A program made the translations under genes and the position numbers. Under the pieces are notes generated by a model. The model was not told the origin of the DNA. It ran no database searches and worked only from the letters and a program-made list of their open reading frames with translations. 64,000 nucleotides of DNA from Chara braunii (taxonomy: Eukaryota > Plantae > Charophyceae). The DNA is taken from positions 4,661,242 through 4,725,241 of the forward strand of contig BFEA01000016.1 in assembly GCA_003427395.1 (NCBI GenBank). The letters are read 5' to 3'. Shown piece by piece: positions 12,153 to 24,789 of this stretch; position 1 is the first letter of the stretch; each line of letters begins with the position of its first letter.

Positions 12153-12760
12153 TGTTTCACACTAAATAGGAGTTGCTCTTCAATATGAAGAGCTTAGCCC
12201 AGGTAACATCCCTGTCTGCGGCTTTGCAGGCTCTGCCCGTGTGTGGCCTAGCAGGCCTGCCCCGGCTGTGGCCTAGCAGGGCTGCCCTGCCTGTGGCCTG
12301 CCGGTATTCCTGTCCGTGGCTTACCCATACCGGTTAGCCGCGTGACCGCGGCTTGGTCGGCCATCGAACCGGGTAAGCCTTGGCATTTGCCTATCGGGCC
12401 CCAGGTTCGAAGTCAGACCCCTCGGCCCTAGAGAAAACAAAAACTTCGTGCTTCTCCTGCGTCGTGGTCCTATATCCCGTCGCAACCCTCTTTTTAGCCT
12501 ACTTAGGCCCTGAATCCGCACGTTCCTGCGGCTTTGACAAAAATGTAGCCTTTGTCGTTCACACCCGATACCTCCGGACGTCACATGCGTCCGGACTAAA
12601 ATCTGAAAACTCTTAGTTTCTCAGTTCTAGGTCAGGTCTGAATAAATGTTTGACAAACGTCAGTCTCATCAAGTTCTTCAATTCAACACAAGAGTCGGAC
12701 AACATCCGACGTTCAAAAATACCGGCTAATACCCTTGTCAGGGTTTCTGCCCCGACAACA

Positions 12761-12772
12761 ATCCCAAACCCC
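12761..12772 (-). other. Candidate atypical polypurine tract
   Basis: GGGGTTTGGGAT lies 3 nt before the TG of the 3' LTR. G-rich but not pure purine. Confidence 0.35.
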
Positions 12773-14267
12773 ATTGAACGACGTCCCCGTCGTTCACCCT
12801 ATATTAATCAATAATATAGGGTTCTGTGGATTCTTATGGAACTCTTTTCAACAAAATTTCTTTCAATCGAAAATAAACCGAAGTTTATAACTAAAATCCG
12901 AGTTATTGCCTCGGTAATCTAAAATTCAATCATCCTTGATTGGAATGGTACCAGATGTAGCCTCTGGCAAGCCTTTCATCAAAACCTGAATTTATACCGG
13001 TTCAAGTTTCGTAATCACTAAAATTTTTCAAGGAACTTTGTCTAAATGGTCCCAGCATCATCCCACTGGCGGCAACTCTAAACATTATTTAGTCTCTCAG
13101 AATGGTACCGGAAATAGTCTCCGGCTAGCCTTCTAAACCTCAGTCGGCTAATATTTACATTTATTAAAAAAAAAATCAGGTTTAACCTCCTGACGGGTAT
13201 TTCAAAATAAATAACCTTTTGAGCGGCCCAGACAGAATCTGAACCAACCATTCATGAGAGAAACTATTTATCAAAAGTCATTGTCCAGGTTTTGTATCCC
13301 ATTCCAATTACGAGTTATCACATATGATATTTTTTCTGCATGCTTTGTGATATGCGTCGAGGAGTGGTGTAATCCTCAAGGGATAACATCTCAACGTCAA
13401 GCCCCGCTTTAGACTCGAGCCTCACCACCTTCCCTCCGATTCCATTATCATGTGTTTGTCAGTCCCCTACCTACAAGGTTGAACTACCCTTTCTCTATGA
13501 CCTAGGCTGGTCAAACCCGGTCATAGAGGCGAGGCGACCCCATTCGTCACAAGGTCAAGATGACCACTCCTTCCCCCATGACGAGCGGCAGTCGTCACCC
13601 TTACAAGCAAAATTCTAACAATCACAATAATACCATCCCCCTTTTCAATGATAGTGTAGCCACCTTTCTTAAAAAAGAAAAAGTGACAGCATCCCACTAT
13701 GGACCAGGAACTAAGTTCCACCTACAGAGCTCACTGCATCAGGACTCATCATAACATGATAACTAAAAACATTACGAAAGTCCTAGGCTTTGATAAATAA
13801 TTGCATTACATGTTTTGTGAATAACTCATAGTTATGCCACAAGCCATATAATGCAAATTACATATCATTTTCCTAGAATTCTTACAACGAGAATATACAT
13901 CAAATAACAACATACATTTTCACAGAGAGTTCCATAACATTCCGGTCCAAAAATATTAATAAATTTGCATTGCATCACATTTCATCGAAAAAAGTAAAAA
14001 AAAAATCATTCAAATTTAAGAATCAACAAATTTTCGATCCAAAATTCACAACATAATTCTACGAACAGGTGTCGTAGAATTTATTAATTATTACAAAAAA
14101 ACATGGAGCCATAGGTTCCGGAATAAAATCAAATCCCAAGAGTCCAAAGTTACAATTTCATTGTATGTCCTCAGAACCAGTCAGCATTTAGTGATCCCAA
14201 AAGAAATAAAAGAGGAAAAGCGAGTCTTGAAAAAGAAAGAGAAACTTATACTAAAAAACTCTTTTTA

Positions 14268-16019
14268 TTAAGTCCTTGGAATAAACTTTCTCAAATGCGA
14301 TCCCGACACCCAATTTCTATCTCGAGCCCCATCCATCTCTTCGATCTCATAAGCCCCATGCTCAGATTTTTTGATAATACGATAGGGCCCCAACCATCGG
14401 CTGTCCAATTTTCGAGACCATTGTTTTTCCAAGGACGAGTCATAAAGAAGCACAACATCCTCGACTTCCAATGGTTCCTTACGAACGCGAGACCCCTTAT
14501 CCCATCTTTCCTTGTCGGCCTGTTTGCTTTCTGCAGTAGAGGCAACAGCGTCCTCAATCATTTCCTCAGTGATCATTACTTATCTTGCTCTCAGTTCTAA
14601 TAACTCTTCCGTTGAAAGTTTTGTTTCCACATCCTGCTTTCTCCAAGTGGTCAGAAAACTCTCGATCGGAAAAGTTGCATGCCGTCCAAACCACAATGTG
14701 ACCGGAGCGTATCCAGTTGTCCGCTTTATGGTGACATTCTCAACAAAGAACGCCGTTCTCAGATATATTGGTCATCTTGAAGGATCGTCTCCGCACCATT
14801 TTGCCAATAAATTTGTTAGAGTGGCATGTCCACGCTCAACTGGCGCATTGGCCTGAGGATGTGCCCTTGTAGTATAGCTAAAGCTTACTCCAAGTTTCTT
14901 CAAAAGCGTCTGCACTTCCTCAGCCCGAAACTCACCACCCCGATCCATGACGATTTCCCGGACAAATGGGTACCGAAGATAATATTCCTCAATGCATTCT
15001 GCTAAAACATGACCAGTACGCTCACGAATGGCGCAGCCATCAACGAACCCAGTCAGATTATCGCTTGCATTGAAGATATATCTGTACTTATTAATCCCAG
15101 GTGGCATGACCAATAGATCCAGGTGTACTACTGCTCCCGGCTCAGCTACATAACGTGGATTAAGAGGTTCAACAAAACGCAGATTAGATCGCCTTTGGCA
15201 AGGAAGACAAGAGTTACAGAAGTCATTTACCATCTTGTTCATTCCTTTCCAAAAATAAAGATGTTGAATCTTTTTCAAAGTGACTCGTGCCGATCTATGT
15301 CCGCCTGCGACCCCATCATGCAAAGTCGCAATCACATCAAGTTGTCGGGTAACCCCACATACCACTCTTCTCGGAATGTCATCGTTGAATTTCTTAAAAA
15401 GATGACCATATCTTACAACAAAATCCTTACTCTTCTGACGAACATCTGGATCCACCTCGTCCTCCCTCAACTCACCATTCAACCACATTCTCATTAATTT
15501 ATACTCCCCATCATACTCTCCTTCTTTGAAAGCCTCTCTAATTTCATTGCCTTCTGCTTCTTCATTCATCATTTTCAGGTGGTCCTCGTGAATTAGAGAG
15601 TTCACAAGGAATGACATCTCTCCAGTGATCCTGAAAGTCTTATCAGCCTGCTCATGCCCATACTCAATCGTCAGCGGTTCTTTGATGAGCTCGACTTCAT
15701 CAGACAAAGCCAAATTCATTATTTGCTCAGTTGTTCTTTCACCCCATGGGTCTTCCTCAATGAATGGCTCCCCAATCACGAGCTCTGATCGCACATGATG
15801 AAAACAAGGAGCATTCCAGATGGTTTTCCCATTCCGCGTTGTTGCATCCGCCAAGTAATTGTATGAGTTAATACTCAACTGTGACTCTTCTCCTTCGAGG
15901 AATCCATCGACGGGAACTGAATCCTCAGCCTGATCCGTTGATGAGTCCCAATCAACACGACTCAATCCACCTGCTCGATTCTGAGCGCCTGAGATGCGCT
16001 CAATTTTAAAATTGAACAT
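14268..16019 (-). pseudogene. pol: Integrase (with long acidic linker after RNase H)
   Basis: HHCC motif (LHDGVAGGH...CNSCLPCQ), DDE core (VHLDLL...MDRGGEF...VERGH) and GPY/F motif (RWLGPYRII). Interrupted by stops. Confidence 0.95.
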
Positions 16020-16034
16020 CCAAATATACGTCAG

Positions 16035-16330
16035 TCATCGAGCAATGGTTGGATCAGAAGGAGAATAGTTCTTCAGTGATTGAGCCAGAGCCGTAGGATC
16101 AACTCGCAGAATGAACCGTCTACCAAATACATAATTCCTGAAAATGCGCAGACAGTGAAGCACGGCGAGAGTTTCCTTCTTGAACTGGGAGTAATTCCGC
16201 TCAGTAATATTCAGAGTTCTGCTCTCTAACCTCAATGGTCGTTCCCGTCCTTCTCCATCCTTTTGGACCAAAACTCTTCCCAAAGTGGTAGGACCTGCAT
16301 CGGTCTCGATGATGAAAGGACGGCCTTCAG
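16035..16330 (-). pseudogene. pol: RNase H
   Basis: FIIETDAG...GRVLVQ...SRTLNITERNYSQFKKETLAVLHCL...FILRVD. Confidence 0.92.
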
Positions 16331-16418
16331 CACCGTCAAAGCAAGGAACTCCCAGAATCAGGCCGCCTTCTCGAAACTCAGCTTTAATATCCTCAACGGC
16401 TACTTGCTGCTTTGGTCC

Positions 16419-17553
16419 TCACTCCCAGACTTGGTACTTGCGTACTAACTGCCGCAAGTGTTCCACCCTTGCTGCGAATCTACGGATAAAAATACGCCAA
16501 AATCCGCATGTCCCGAGGAAACTCCGAATATCGGTAATAGATCTGAAGGGAGTCGGCCATTCCAAGATCTTATTCGTCTTCTTCATATCTGGCCGACGAC
16601 CCTTCTCATCACAAAGGAAACCAAGTAGTACCGCCTTCCTCATACCATACCTTGATTTAACCCCACTAGCTGTGAGGTTGTATTCCTTCAGCTTCCTCAG
16701 AACCTTTTCCACATTGCTGATGTGTTTCCACACGAATTTTCGAACACCGGGTAACACTTCAGTCTCGTCTTTAACTCGGGGTCCTGGGATAGCCAAATCA
16801 TCAATATATGGAGAGGTCACGTCTGGACAGAGCGGTTGCATGACTTCCATCATATATCTTTGCACAATTGCCACGGCATTCGTCCAACCCTGTGGAGCTG
16901 TCGCACATATGAAGCAGTCCCCGAGGCATGTGCATCGTCGTCATAGGTCGATCTGCTGTGTACAGCGGGAACTGATCATACCCTGAATACAAATCAATTA
17001 AGGTGATGATGGGCCCGCCTGCACAAGATTCCGAGAGTTGGTCGGCGTTCGGAAGTCCACCTGCATCTCGGACTGTTACAGAATTCAATTTTTGTAGGTC
17101 CTGAACCCATCGTAAAACATCGTTCGGCTTGATGAAGCAGAACCAAGGGGATGCATACGGCCCATACGAATAGTCTGCTACTTTGGTCCGAATCTTACCA
17201 TCAAGATAATCCACCACCTTCCGGTGATCGTCTGGATTCGGATATCGTGGACCTCTCACATTCCATGGCTCATGCGGTACCTTATGAATCCGGATCATTG
17301 GAATCATATCAACAACCAACCTTCCACGCTCATCATCATCAAAAGCATAAGCCAGATGATTTTTCCTCATAACATTGATAAAGAACTGGGTTTCCTCCTT
17401 GGTGAGGAGGTCATCCTCTCCAATGATCATCTCTTTGATCCTGTCTTCTATCAACCAACACGGTCCCCTCTCGCCTTTCTCCTTCAATGTTCTGATCCAC
17501 TCGCGATCTTCCTTGTAATACACTTCCTTCTCCTGAGTGATCAGAACTGGCAC
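16419..17553 (-). pseudogene. pol: Reverse transcriptase
   Basis: ASPWFCFIKP..LRWVQDLQKLN, IDLYSGYDQ, PQGW, YIDD, IRSFLGTCGFWRIFI. Frameshift near 16900. Confidence 0.95.
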
Positions 17554-17570
17554 TGGTCGCGCTTTCTCCC

Positions 17571-18506
17571 CTACTTTCTTATACTTCCTCTTGGAGCCAA
17601 CGCCGAGCTTCCGTCCCCTAAAAAAGACTCTTGCCTGACTGATGACAGTGATTCCTCCGTACGAGATTCATTTGGCCAATAAACAAGATGCATGGTTCCT
17701 GCACCTTCCTCGTCAACCACAACCTCTATCAGGGTCTGTACCAGGCTCGGATCAATTGTAGGATGACTTGCTGCAAAATTGATTGCCTGCGAGATACTAG
17801 GCAATGTCAACGAAAATTTCTGAGGATCCTTTTCTTTATCGATTGTCTCTTTCTCCCTCCTCAACTTCTCAGATTCTAAAAAGGTATATGATTCGGGATT
17901 TAACCGGTTCCCTGAATTTGCTGGTGGGGTATTTGCGCACTTTACCACTTCATAATAGCCGCAAACCGGATCGCATAAAACTACAAACATGGTGCCGTCA
18001 TGCTTGTTGAAGATTATGCTCTCTGTGCGACATTGAAAAGATCTTCCCAAGAGCACTTCGTGCTCAACCTTTGGCAATATATAAAAGTACGATCTCGCTT
18101 TTATTTTCCCAACTGTGACCATCACGCCACTAGTCGTCCCGCAAAATGGTGTTGCCCCGCTGGCTCCGATCAAATATCCAAAGTCATTGCGATTGATCTG
18201 AATTCCAGCTTCAATCGCATGCCTCTCCCTCATGATGTTCATTTCGGCCCCATCGTCTATGAGAGCCGATAACTCTCCACGGCCGATTTGAACTTTTATG
18301 AGGCCTGTGGCCACGCATTGCCAGTCCATCTTTGTGCCAGGAGGCGCCCGGTTAGCTTCTGGGGGGATGATCTCGCTCAGCTTGACTGTCACGACTTTCT
18401 TCCGAGTCATGCGCTGCTTAAATTCCTCACGAAGCTTTGGTGATACTGCAAGAATTTCCTTCAGGGTAACTAGATCACGTTGACTTTCCAAAATGCGATC
18501 CACCAA
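17571..18506 (-). pseudogene. pol: Aspartic protease region
   Basis: ALIDDGAEMNIM catalytic motif and VLLGRSF motif. Confidence 0.88.
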
Positions 18507-20200
18507 CTGTTCAAAATCAATCCCTTATTCAACAGGGATCGAGTACACATTCTTCTTTTTGAGAGGTTCTTCTTCCTCGACCTGGGTCTTTCCTACTTTC
18601 GACGCCCTTTCCATAGCTCTCTGTTTTGCTAGCAGTTCATCCTCTGCTCGCAATCTTTCATCTTCCTCATCATCATCCCCTTCTTCTACCTGAATAGGTT
18701 CTTTGTCTTCAAGTCTTTTTGAACTTTCTCATGGCGCAGGCTGCGATTGCGAGGTCTTCCTTATTTTTCTCGTCTGCACCATGACGGTTGGCATCCCTCG
18801 CTTGAGTACAGGTCTGGACATCGTCATTGGCCGTGTCATTGGCATTGCTTTTTGCGCCGAAGCGGCCGCAGGTGCTGACCCATCCTGTCCTTCGTTTCCC
18901 CATCCACCAAAGAGGAACACATTCGAAACGTTCGGCCAAACTTTATCCATGTCAACACATAATTGAACAATGGAATCTCGACATTTGCCCAGTTTTCTGG
19001 TTACCTGTCGCGCCCGACGAGCAATGTCGTCTCTCTTTTCCTCCGACTCTTTTTCGTCACACCCACCAATCTCCAGAGAAGGCATTGTTTCTTCCAACTC
19101 AAAAAGACTTGCTTCTTCAGGAGAAGCTAGGCGGAACGTGGCCGGAAGAGGACGGCCCATCCGTCGAAAAGCCTTTTTTCTCATTCCTCCTTCAATATCC
19201 TGATCGATGAAGTTTCCCTCGTAATCAAAGACTTCTCCTCGAATCGTCGTGAAGACGATATGATCCTTCTCGTCCTTGGCGAGAATCTGGCAGAAACGAA
19301 TAACGTGCCCCTTCATATCGCAATATTTGCAGACGTATTTCTGCCAGTTCCCACGCCCGCCTCCGTTTCCGCGGCTCCTACCACGGCCTCGACCACCGTG
19401 TGGTTGAGTCTGTTGACCTTGATTTATTTGTTCTTGACCAACCTGTCGCTCCCTGCTTCCATTTCCTCCGTTCCTGCTGCTTTCTCTTTGTTTACGAGAA
19501 GTACCTTGCCCTCCTCGTATCTGGTTCAAGGCTTTCCGCTCAGACTTGGTCAATTTACGAGGAGGTTCCCTTTCCTCCTCGCTTTCACTCTCACTGCTTC
19601 TCTCTTCAGTGACAGGCTCCTTCCCTTTTCTCTTCCCAGTTTTCGCCTTAGCCATCATCACTTGAAGCTTCAACCGCTCTTCTTTCATGCTGGTCATCAT
19701 TTCCTTCATGTCAGATAAGGTTTTACAGACTTCCCTGTCCTTATCTGTTCCCAACTGTATCCTCTCTCGATTCTCCTTCTGCTGTTTCAACAATCGGTAG
19801 AGGATCTGATCAAAGTTCCGAACCAATAAATTCTCTCGAATTTTTGGCCAATCATATCGCTCTTTCATTCCTTTTACCAATTTTAGCTGCTCCACTTCCG
19901 TGAAATTATCCAGGAAGATGAGGCAACGATCTTTGTCTGGAAGGTCAGGAACTAACCTTGCCACCCGCTCGAATTCGGTAAGGAACTGCTTTGTTGCACC
20001 ATTCGCAACATCTTTTCATTCGACCATTCGCAGCAACTTCCCAATTGCTCGAACTTTTTTGCCCATCCCGAGGCGTTGTTTCCATCGAACAATGGAACGT
20101 CAACCTTCGGGTTTTGATCCTTCTGGGACTGCTGAATAATCCTGGCAAGCTCCCGAATGTCATTTTTCCTCTCGTCCTGATTGTCGATGTTACCAGCCAT
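18507..20200 (-). pseudogene. gag: Gag
   Basis: N-terminal VPLFDG..ASGW, RG-rich stretch and zinc knuckle CKYCDMKGHVIRFC. Frameshift near 19970. Confidence 0.9.
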
Positions 20201-20373
20201 CTTGAGTGAAGAAAAACAACAACATATTAATATAAATTAATCAATAATATCTCATAATTTTGGGATCAAATTACTGACTTTTTCATTAGGTCAAACAAGA
20301 AAAAGAAAATAACTTTTTACTCTATTAATCACCCAAGTGTCATTCCGCTAGGGACAACGGTAGTCTGCCGTTA

Positions 20374-20391
20374 TCCCCGGCAACGGCGCCA
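20374..20391 (-). other. Primer-binding site, tRNA-Asp
   Basis: TGGCGCCGTTGCCGGGGA lies 2 nt after the LTR CA end. Complementary to the 3' end of plant tRNA-Asp(GUC). Confidence 0.9.
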
Positions 20392-20393
20392 CC

Positions 20394-21860
20394 TGTCGAG
20401 CGCATCGGCCCTCGCGTGAAAACGAGGGCCCTCCCGGCCATGTCACGCAGGAGTTTACCTAAAAACATATCTTTCAGAGACAACTCGGGAATGACGCATA
20501 CTGTTCCGTGAACCGCCGAGACGGACGCGGTTGCTTCGCTCCTTCGCCGCTCTAGCCGGGTGCGCAAGCTATACATCCCGCGGTCCCCTATGACATGACA
20601 GGTTCCCACGGGGCATAAGCTTGCATCCCTAAGGGGCTGTCACCACCCTTAGGGGCGTATCCCTACCGAGCTACTGATCCACGTGCGAAGGCTTTTATAT
20701 GCAATCGCACGTGGATCAGTAGCTGTCACCACCCTTAGGGGCGTATCCCTACCGAGCTACTGATCCACGTGCGAGGATCAGTAGCTCGTTCCCTGGGTAC
20801 TGATCTCCCAAGTATGAAGTGTACGCCGGTCGACTAGGACATTCTTACCCAAACGTGAAAACGATCCTTGGTCCCTAGCAATGAAACAACAAAAAAATCC
20901 CCATACTGAAAACAAAATCACACAATCCAAATCGTTGACTTGATGAGCTGGGCTGCCAAAGTGTCTCTTTTTCTACCTATATGAAAAAAAAACCATAAGT
21001 TATCTGGTTTCCTCAACGGGGCTGAGTCCACGCGAAGTGTTTTCTGAAATTTGAGAAGATGTGCCTCCAATAAATTCAAACGTGCCAGCTCGTCGCCGTC
21101 GAAATTCAAAGTAGACCTCCTGGTAAATCTCTCGTCCGCCGCGCACCTGTGCCTCCAATAAATTCAAACGTGCCAGCTCGTCGCGAGAGAGGCATTGGAG
21201 GTTACTCGCGCGGTGGAAATACAAAGTATATCCGTAAAGCTCGTCGGGAGTCCGAGCCGTGTTGGGTCGGAAATCTGCGCGAGTAGTGGGGAAAAATCCC
21301 CGCTATTTTGAAGCAGTCCGATGAAACCGAGCCAATTGATAGAAAATTCATCCCGTACTCATAAAAGTCGTGCCGCACTCCTGATGAGATCCTCCTCGTG
21401 TGTATCACGAACCAGCAGATACCTTGGGATCGTCAAGTCTCGTCGTGCTCCAGGCATCTGCGTATCAGAACGAATTCAAATCAGTTACGTAAAAACTCCT
21501 CGAGTTCTTCCGCTTCATTTTCCAATTCATCGTCATATAATGCATCATCCCCTATTATTGCGTACCTATTGGCACGTATCCGCTCCGCGTAGTATATGCA
21601 AAAAAATGGGCCTTGTCGCTCGTTCAGCCAAAGCACGTAACGAAAATACATCAACCTTATTTCAGGGATTTCGTCCACTCGTGTGTTGATCTCATAGGGC
21701 TGCAACACCACCAGGTTCATATTGACGAAGTGACGCTCCGGCAATGGCGGTGCGAACTCGTAATGAAGAATATCCAGGCCGTTATCGCTCTTGAAAACAA
21801 GTCGTCTGGGGGTCTTTGCGCACTACCGCCCCAAAATCGCGGAACGTCCGCCTCAGGGTC
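20394..21860 (-). mobile_element. 5' LTR remnant (subfamily B), deleted and rearranged
   Basis: Reverse complement of parts of 5700-7790, with deletions and local duplications. Confidence 0.88.
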
Positions 21861-21912
21861 ACATCGAAATTCGTTACCAGATTTAAGATAAAATAAAATA
21901 ACATTAAAAAAT

Positions 21913-21957
<45 letters not shown>

Positions 21958-21963
21958 CGACCC

Positions 21964-22020
<57 letters not shown>

Positions 22021-24789
22021 ACCGGCCGGGCAAGCCGTCCCGGGCCACTCTGGTAGCCTAGGTATCAGGTGCAATGACTGCCAAAGTATGACATTTCGCC
22101 GAACAGGCAAGGCTTCTTCTTTGAAGGTTCACCTTTACTTTTCAGTTATGAATCTTTATGATTAATTTAAAATGTGGCCGGGAAATGGCTGACAGATTTT
22201 GAAAGGAACGAGCCATGGACTTCGACTACAAAAGATTATGTTCTGGGTGCATAGGGATTGGAGCTCAGGTCTGCATTTCAACCGTTCATGGGTTGGTTGC
22301 ATCGGGTGTACCAGCTGATTCTAGGCGGGGTACATGGTTTCAGAACATGGGAGTTGGCAGATTAAACATCTCTGTGGTGCTGAACATAATAGTCGGATGA
22401 AAAAGCTCATTCACGGCGCATAAATTTTCACCCAAAGGATGCCATCCCTGAATCTTCGAGAGAAGCTCATCTTAACTGAATTATGGTTTCCATCCCCTGA
22501 TGAACACTGCCGTACGCTCATCCCATTTTCTGAAGATGGGTGCAAACTTGAATGGCAGACCGGGGCTTGGGTTACGTGCGTTACGTTCAAATCGGACGTC
22601 CATCTTTCACCGAACGAGAACGAGTTCACTTTGGTCAGTGTGTGAACCACGCTTCCTGGAATGTTCCAACTCGTTGGGGCGGCTTCACTATGGCAAGCCG
22701 AGATTTTCGAGGGGCGGCCTCGATTCCACTACTATTCCTACATAAAGTGTGTACAGCCTCACGTTGGTCAACGCCCGCCGGCGGAAGTGCGCGAGGCTGC
22801 AATTTAGTTTTGAGCCCGCAACCTCATGCCACAATGTGCATTTCCACCGGTGCTCCACCCACTGAGCTACTCGGGCGCGGCTCTTTATTCTCATCGACAA
22901 GTACATATACTTCTCAGTTGGCTACGCGAGCTTGATTCCCTGCTGCTGTGCATGTGGCCTATGCGCCAAGCTCATATTTTTTATTTTTATTTTTATGAAG
23001 TAATGCATGTCTGTTATAGATTTGTTCTCTTGCTCTCGCGTAGTCCATATATAGGAGCTTCAGCCTTTCAACGTTACACCCCCATATTGTTTGGTGCCTA
23101 CCATGGAGAGTCCCACCTCCCTTCGTCCGCCTTCTTACTGGCAGGACCAGGGTTGCTTTCTTGTGGGCCCTTCTCCAAAAAGTGGCGCAGACGCTTGCGC
23201 TTACCAACTTCATGTTGCTCACCTTGGTCCGTGACGCGTGGGGCTTAGTTTGCAGAGGGTTGGGAGGGCGGGGGTGGGGGGCGCTGGGTTGCTGATCCCT
23301 CTTTTGCTGCAGGGGGCTCAGGTTGGGCTGTCCCTTAATACCCCTTTCCTACTGCTTCACCTGTTCCCCTATGTGTGTTGGGGTTGTGGTGCCTGTTGGG
23401 TCCTGAGTAGGCGGATGGTGGCTCCTCTTCTCCTCCTGCGGCTTGTGTGGTCTCTCCTCCCCCGCTTCTTGCTGCAGTTCCATGGGCGTTGGCGCCTCCA
23501 CTTGGCCTTGCTGGTTCGGGGGAGCTGGCAGGCTGAACTTGATTGATACTATGTGCAGCAGACGCTGACTCACATCAGGCCAGTTTGGCCTGGCCAACAG
23601 CCCGTCATGCAGCGCTTTCTTGAGGCTTGTGCTGCTATCTAAGAGTGGGAAGAGCGTCGGGTATGTTTCATGCCAGGAGTCTGAGGCCTCTCCAAAGCAC
23701 ACCTTCAGATTCTGAAGCAGCCAGTCCGCTAACTGCTGCAGTTTCTGGTCGATTAGAATCAGGCTTGGGTTGAGGCCTGCATGCCACAGGGTCGAGGGGA
23801 GGTTCAAGTTGAACTCGTGACCCGCCCTGCCCAGGCGAGAGGGTTCTGGAAGGTGGGAATTCACCCAGTCACACCACTCTCAGACCCGGGATCTAGGCCC
23901 CTCACTCCCTCCCTGCAAAGTCACCTCTCACAATGCTTGCTTATTGAACATTCTGCTTCCTCAGGCTTCCTCAGATTTGAGTCTCATGGCCGTTCCAAGT
24001 TCATATCATGCAAATGGTATTCAAGGCTTTCTACCCCTTCCTCTCCCACCCCTCCCCCCTCTTCCCCCCTCTTCCCCCCTCTCCTTCCCTCCCTCCACCT
24101 TCTCTTTTCCACCGCTCCCCACATCCCCCTTCCCCCCCTCCTGCTTCCATTTGCTCCTCCCTGCCCCCCTCCCTCCCCACTTTCCCATCCTATTGCAAAT
24201 ATGTTGCATGTCCTGATGTCGCACTTTTTCTGGTTAGGCCCCTTCTAGCGATCGACAAGCCAACAGGCTGTCATGCAGGATTTTGATGATTTTTGTTGTG
24301 TTAAAATCCAGACCGCCCGGCGGCCTGGCCTTCGTCAGGTAGGGCTTTCGGGAGGCCCCGCCAGTCGGGTTCCCCGGTTGGAAGTCTGGCGCGCCCACTG
24401 CAGTTTTGCTCAGGGGAGGGGAGCCTTTTTCGGCCAGTGGCGGCCTCCCCAGCTGCCTAGTGCTTGAAAAAAAAAATTGTACGACTTTTCGAAGCCCCGC
24501 CATCGTCATTGACCTTCCCGTCGTCATCGACGTGCCTATCACCATCGACCTGACCCTTGCGCGTCATCATCAAGCTGCCCCTGCCCTGCCCCATCGTTAT
24601 CCAGGTGTCCTTCGCGCATAGCCGACCTCCTCGCGTGGAGCTCTTATCGCGATGCCCATCGTCGAGCTGCCACGTCGTCTTCACCGTACCCATCATCGAG
24701 ACGCCGACCTCCTTTTCCTCATGCGGAGCTCCTATCACGCCGTCCGTCTCCTAGCTGTCAGGTCATTGTCGATCTGCCCATCGTCGAGG

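Larger units (their letters stand above)
7795..12757 (-). mobile_element. 3' LTR of the Gypsy element, distal end lost, contains N gap
   Basis: Starts TGTCGGGGCAGAAACCCTGACAAGGGTAT (minus, 12757), nearly identical to the solo LTR start at 32573. Confidence 0.85.
7795..21860 (-). mobile_element. Decayed Ty3/Gypsy LTR retrotransposon (subfamily B LTRs)
   Basis: Order on the minus strand is LTR, PBS, gag, PR, RT, RNase H, INT, LTR. INT after RNase H is the Ty3/Gypsy arrangement. Multiple stops and frameshifts. Confidence 0.95.

Noticed and set aside
12773-14267. env-like ORF between integrase and 3' LTR
   Set aside because: Only short ORFs (<70 aa), with no transmembrane or env features.
22100-23864. 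Possible minus-strand coding remnants, including the 171-aa ORF
   Set aside because: No recognisable motif and many stops. Cannot be assigned without a search.
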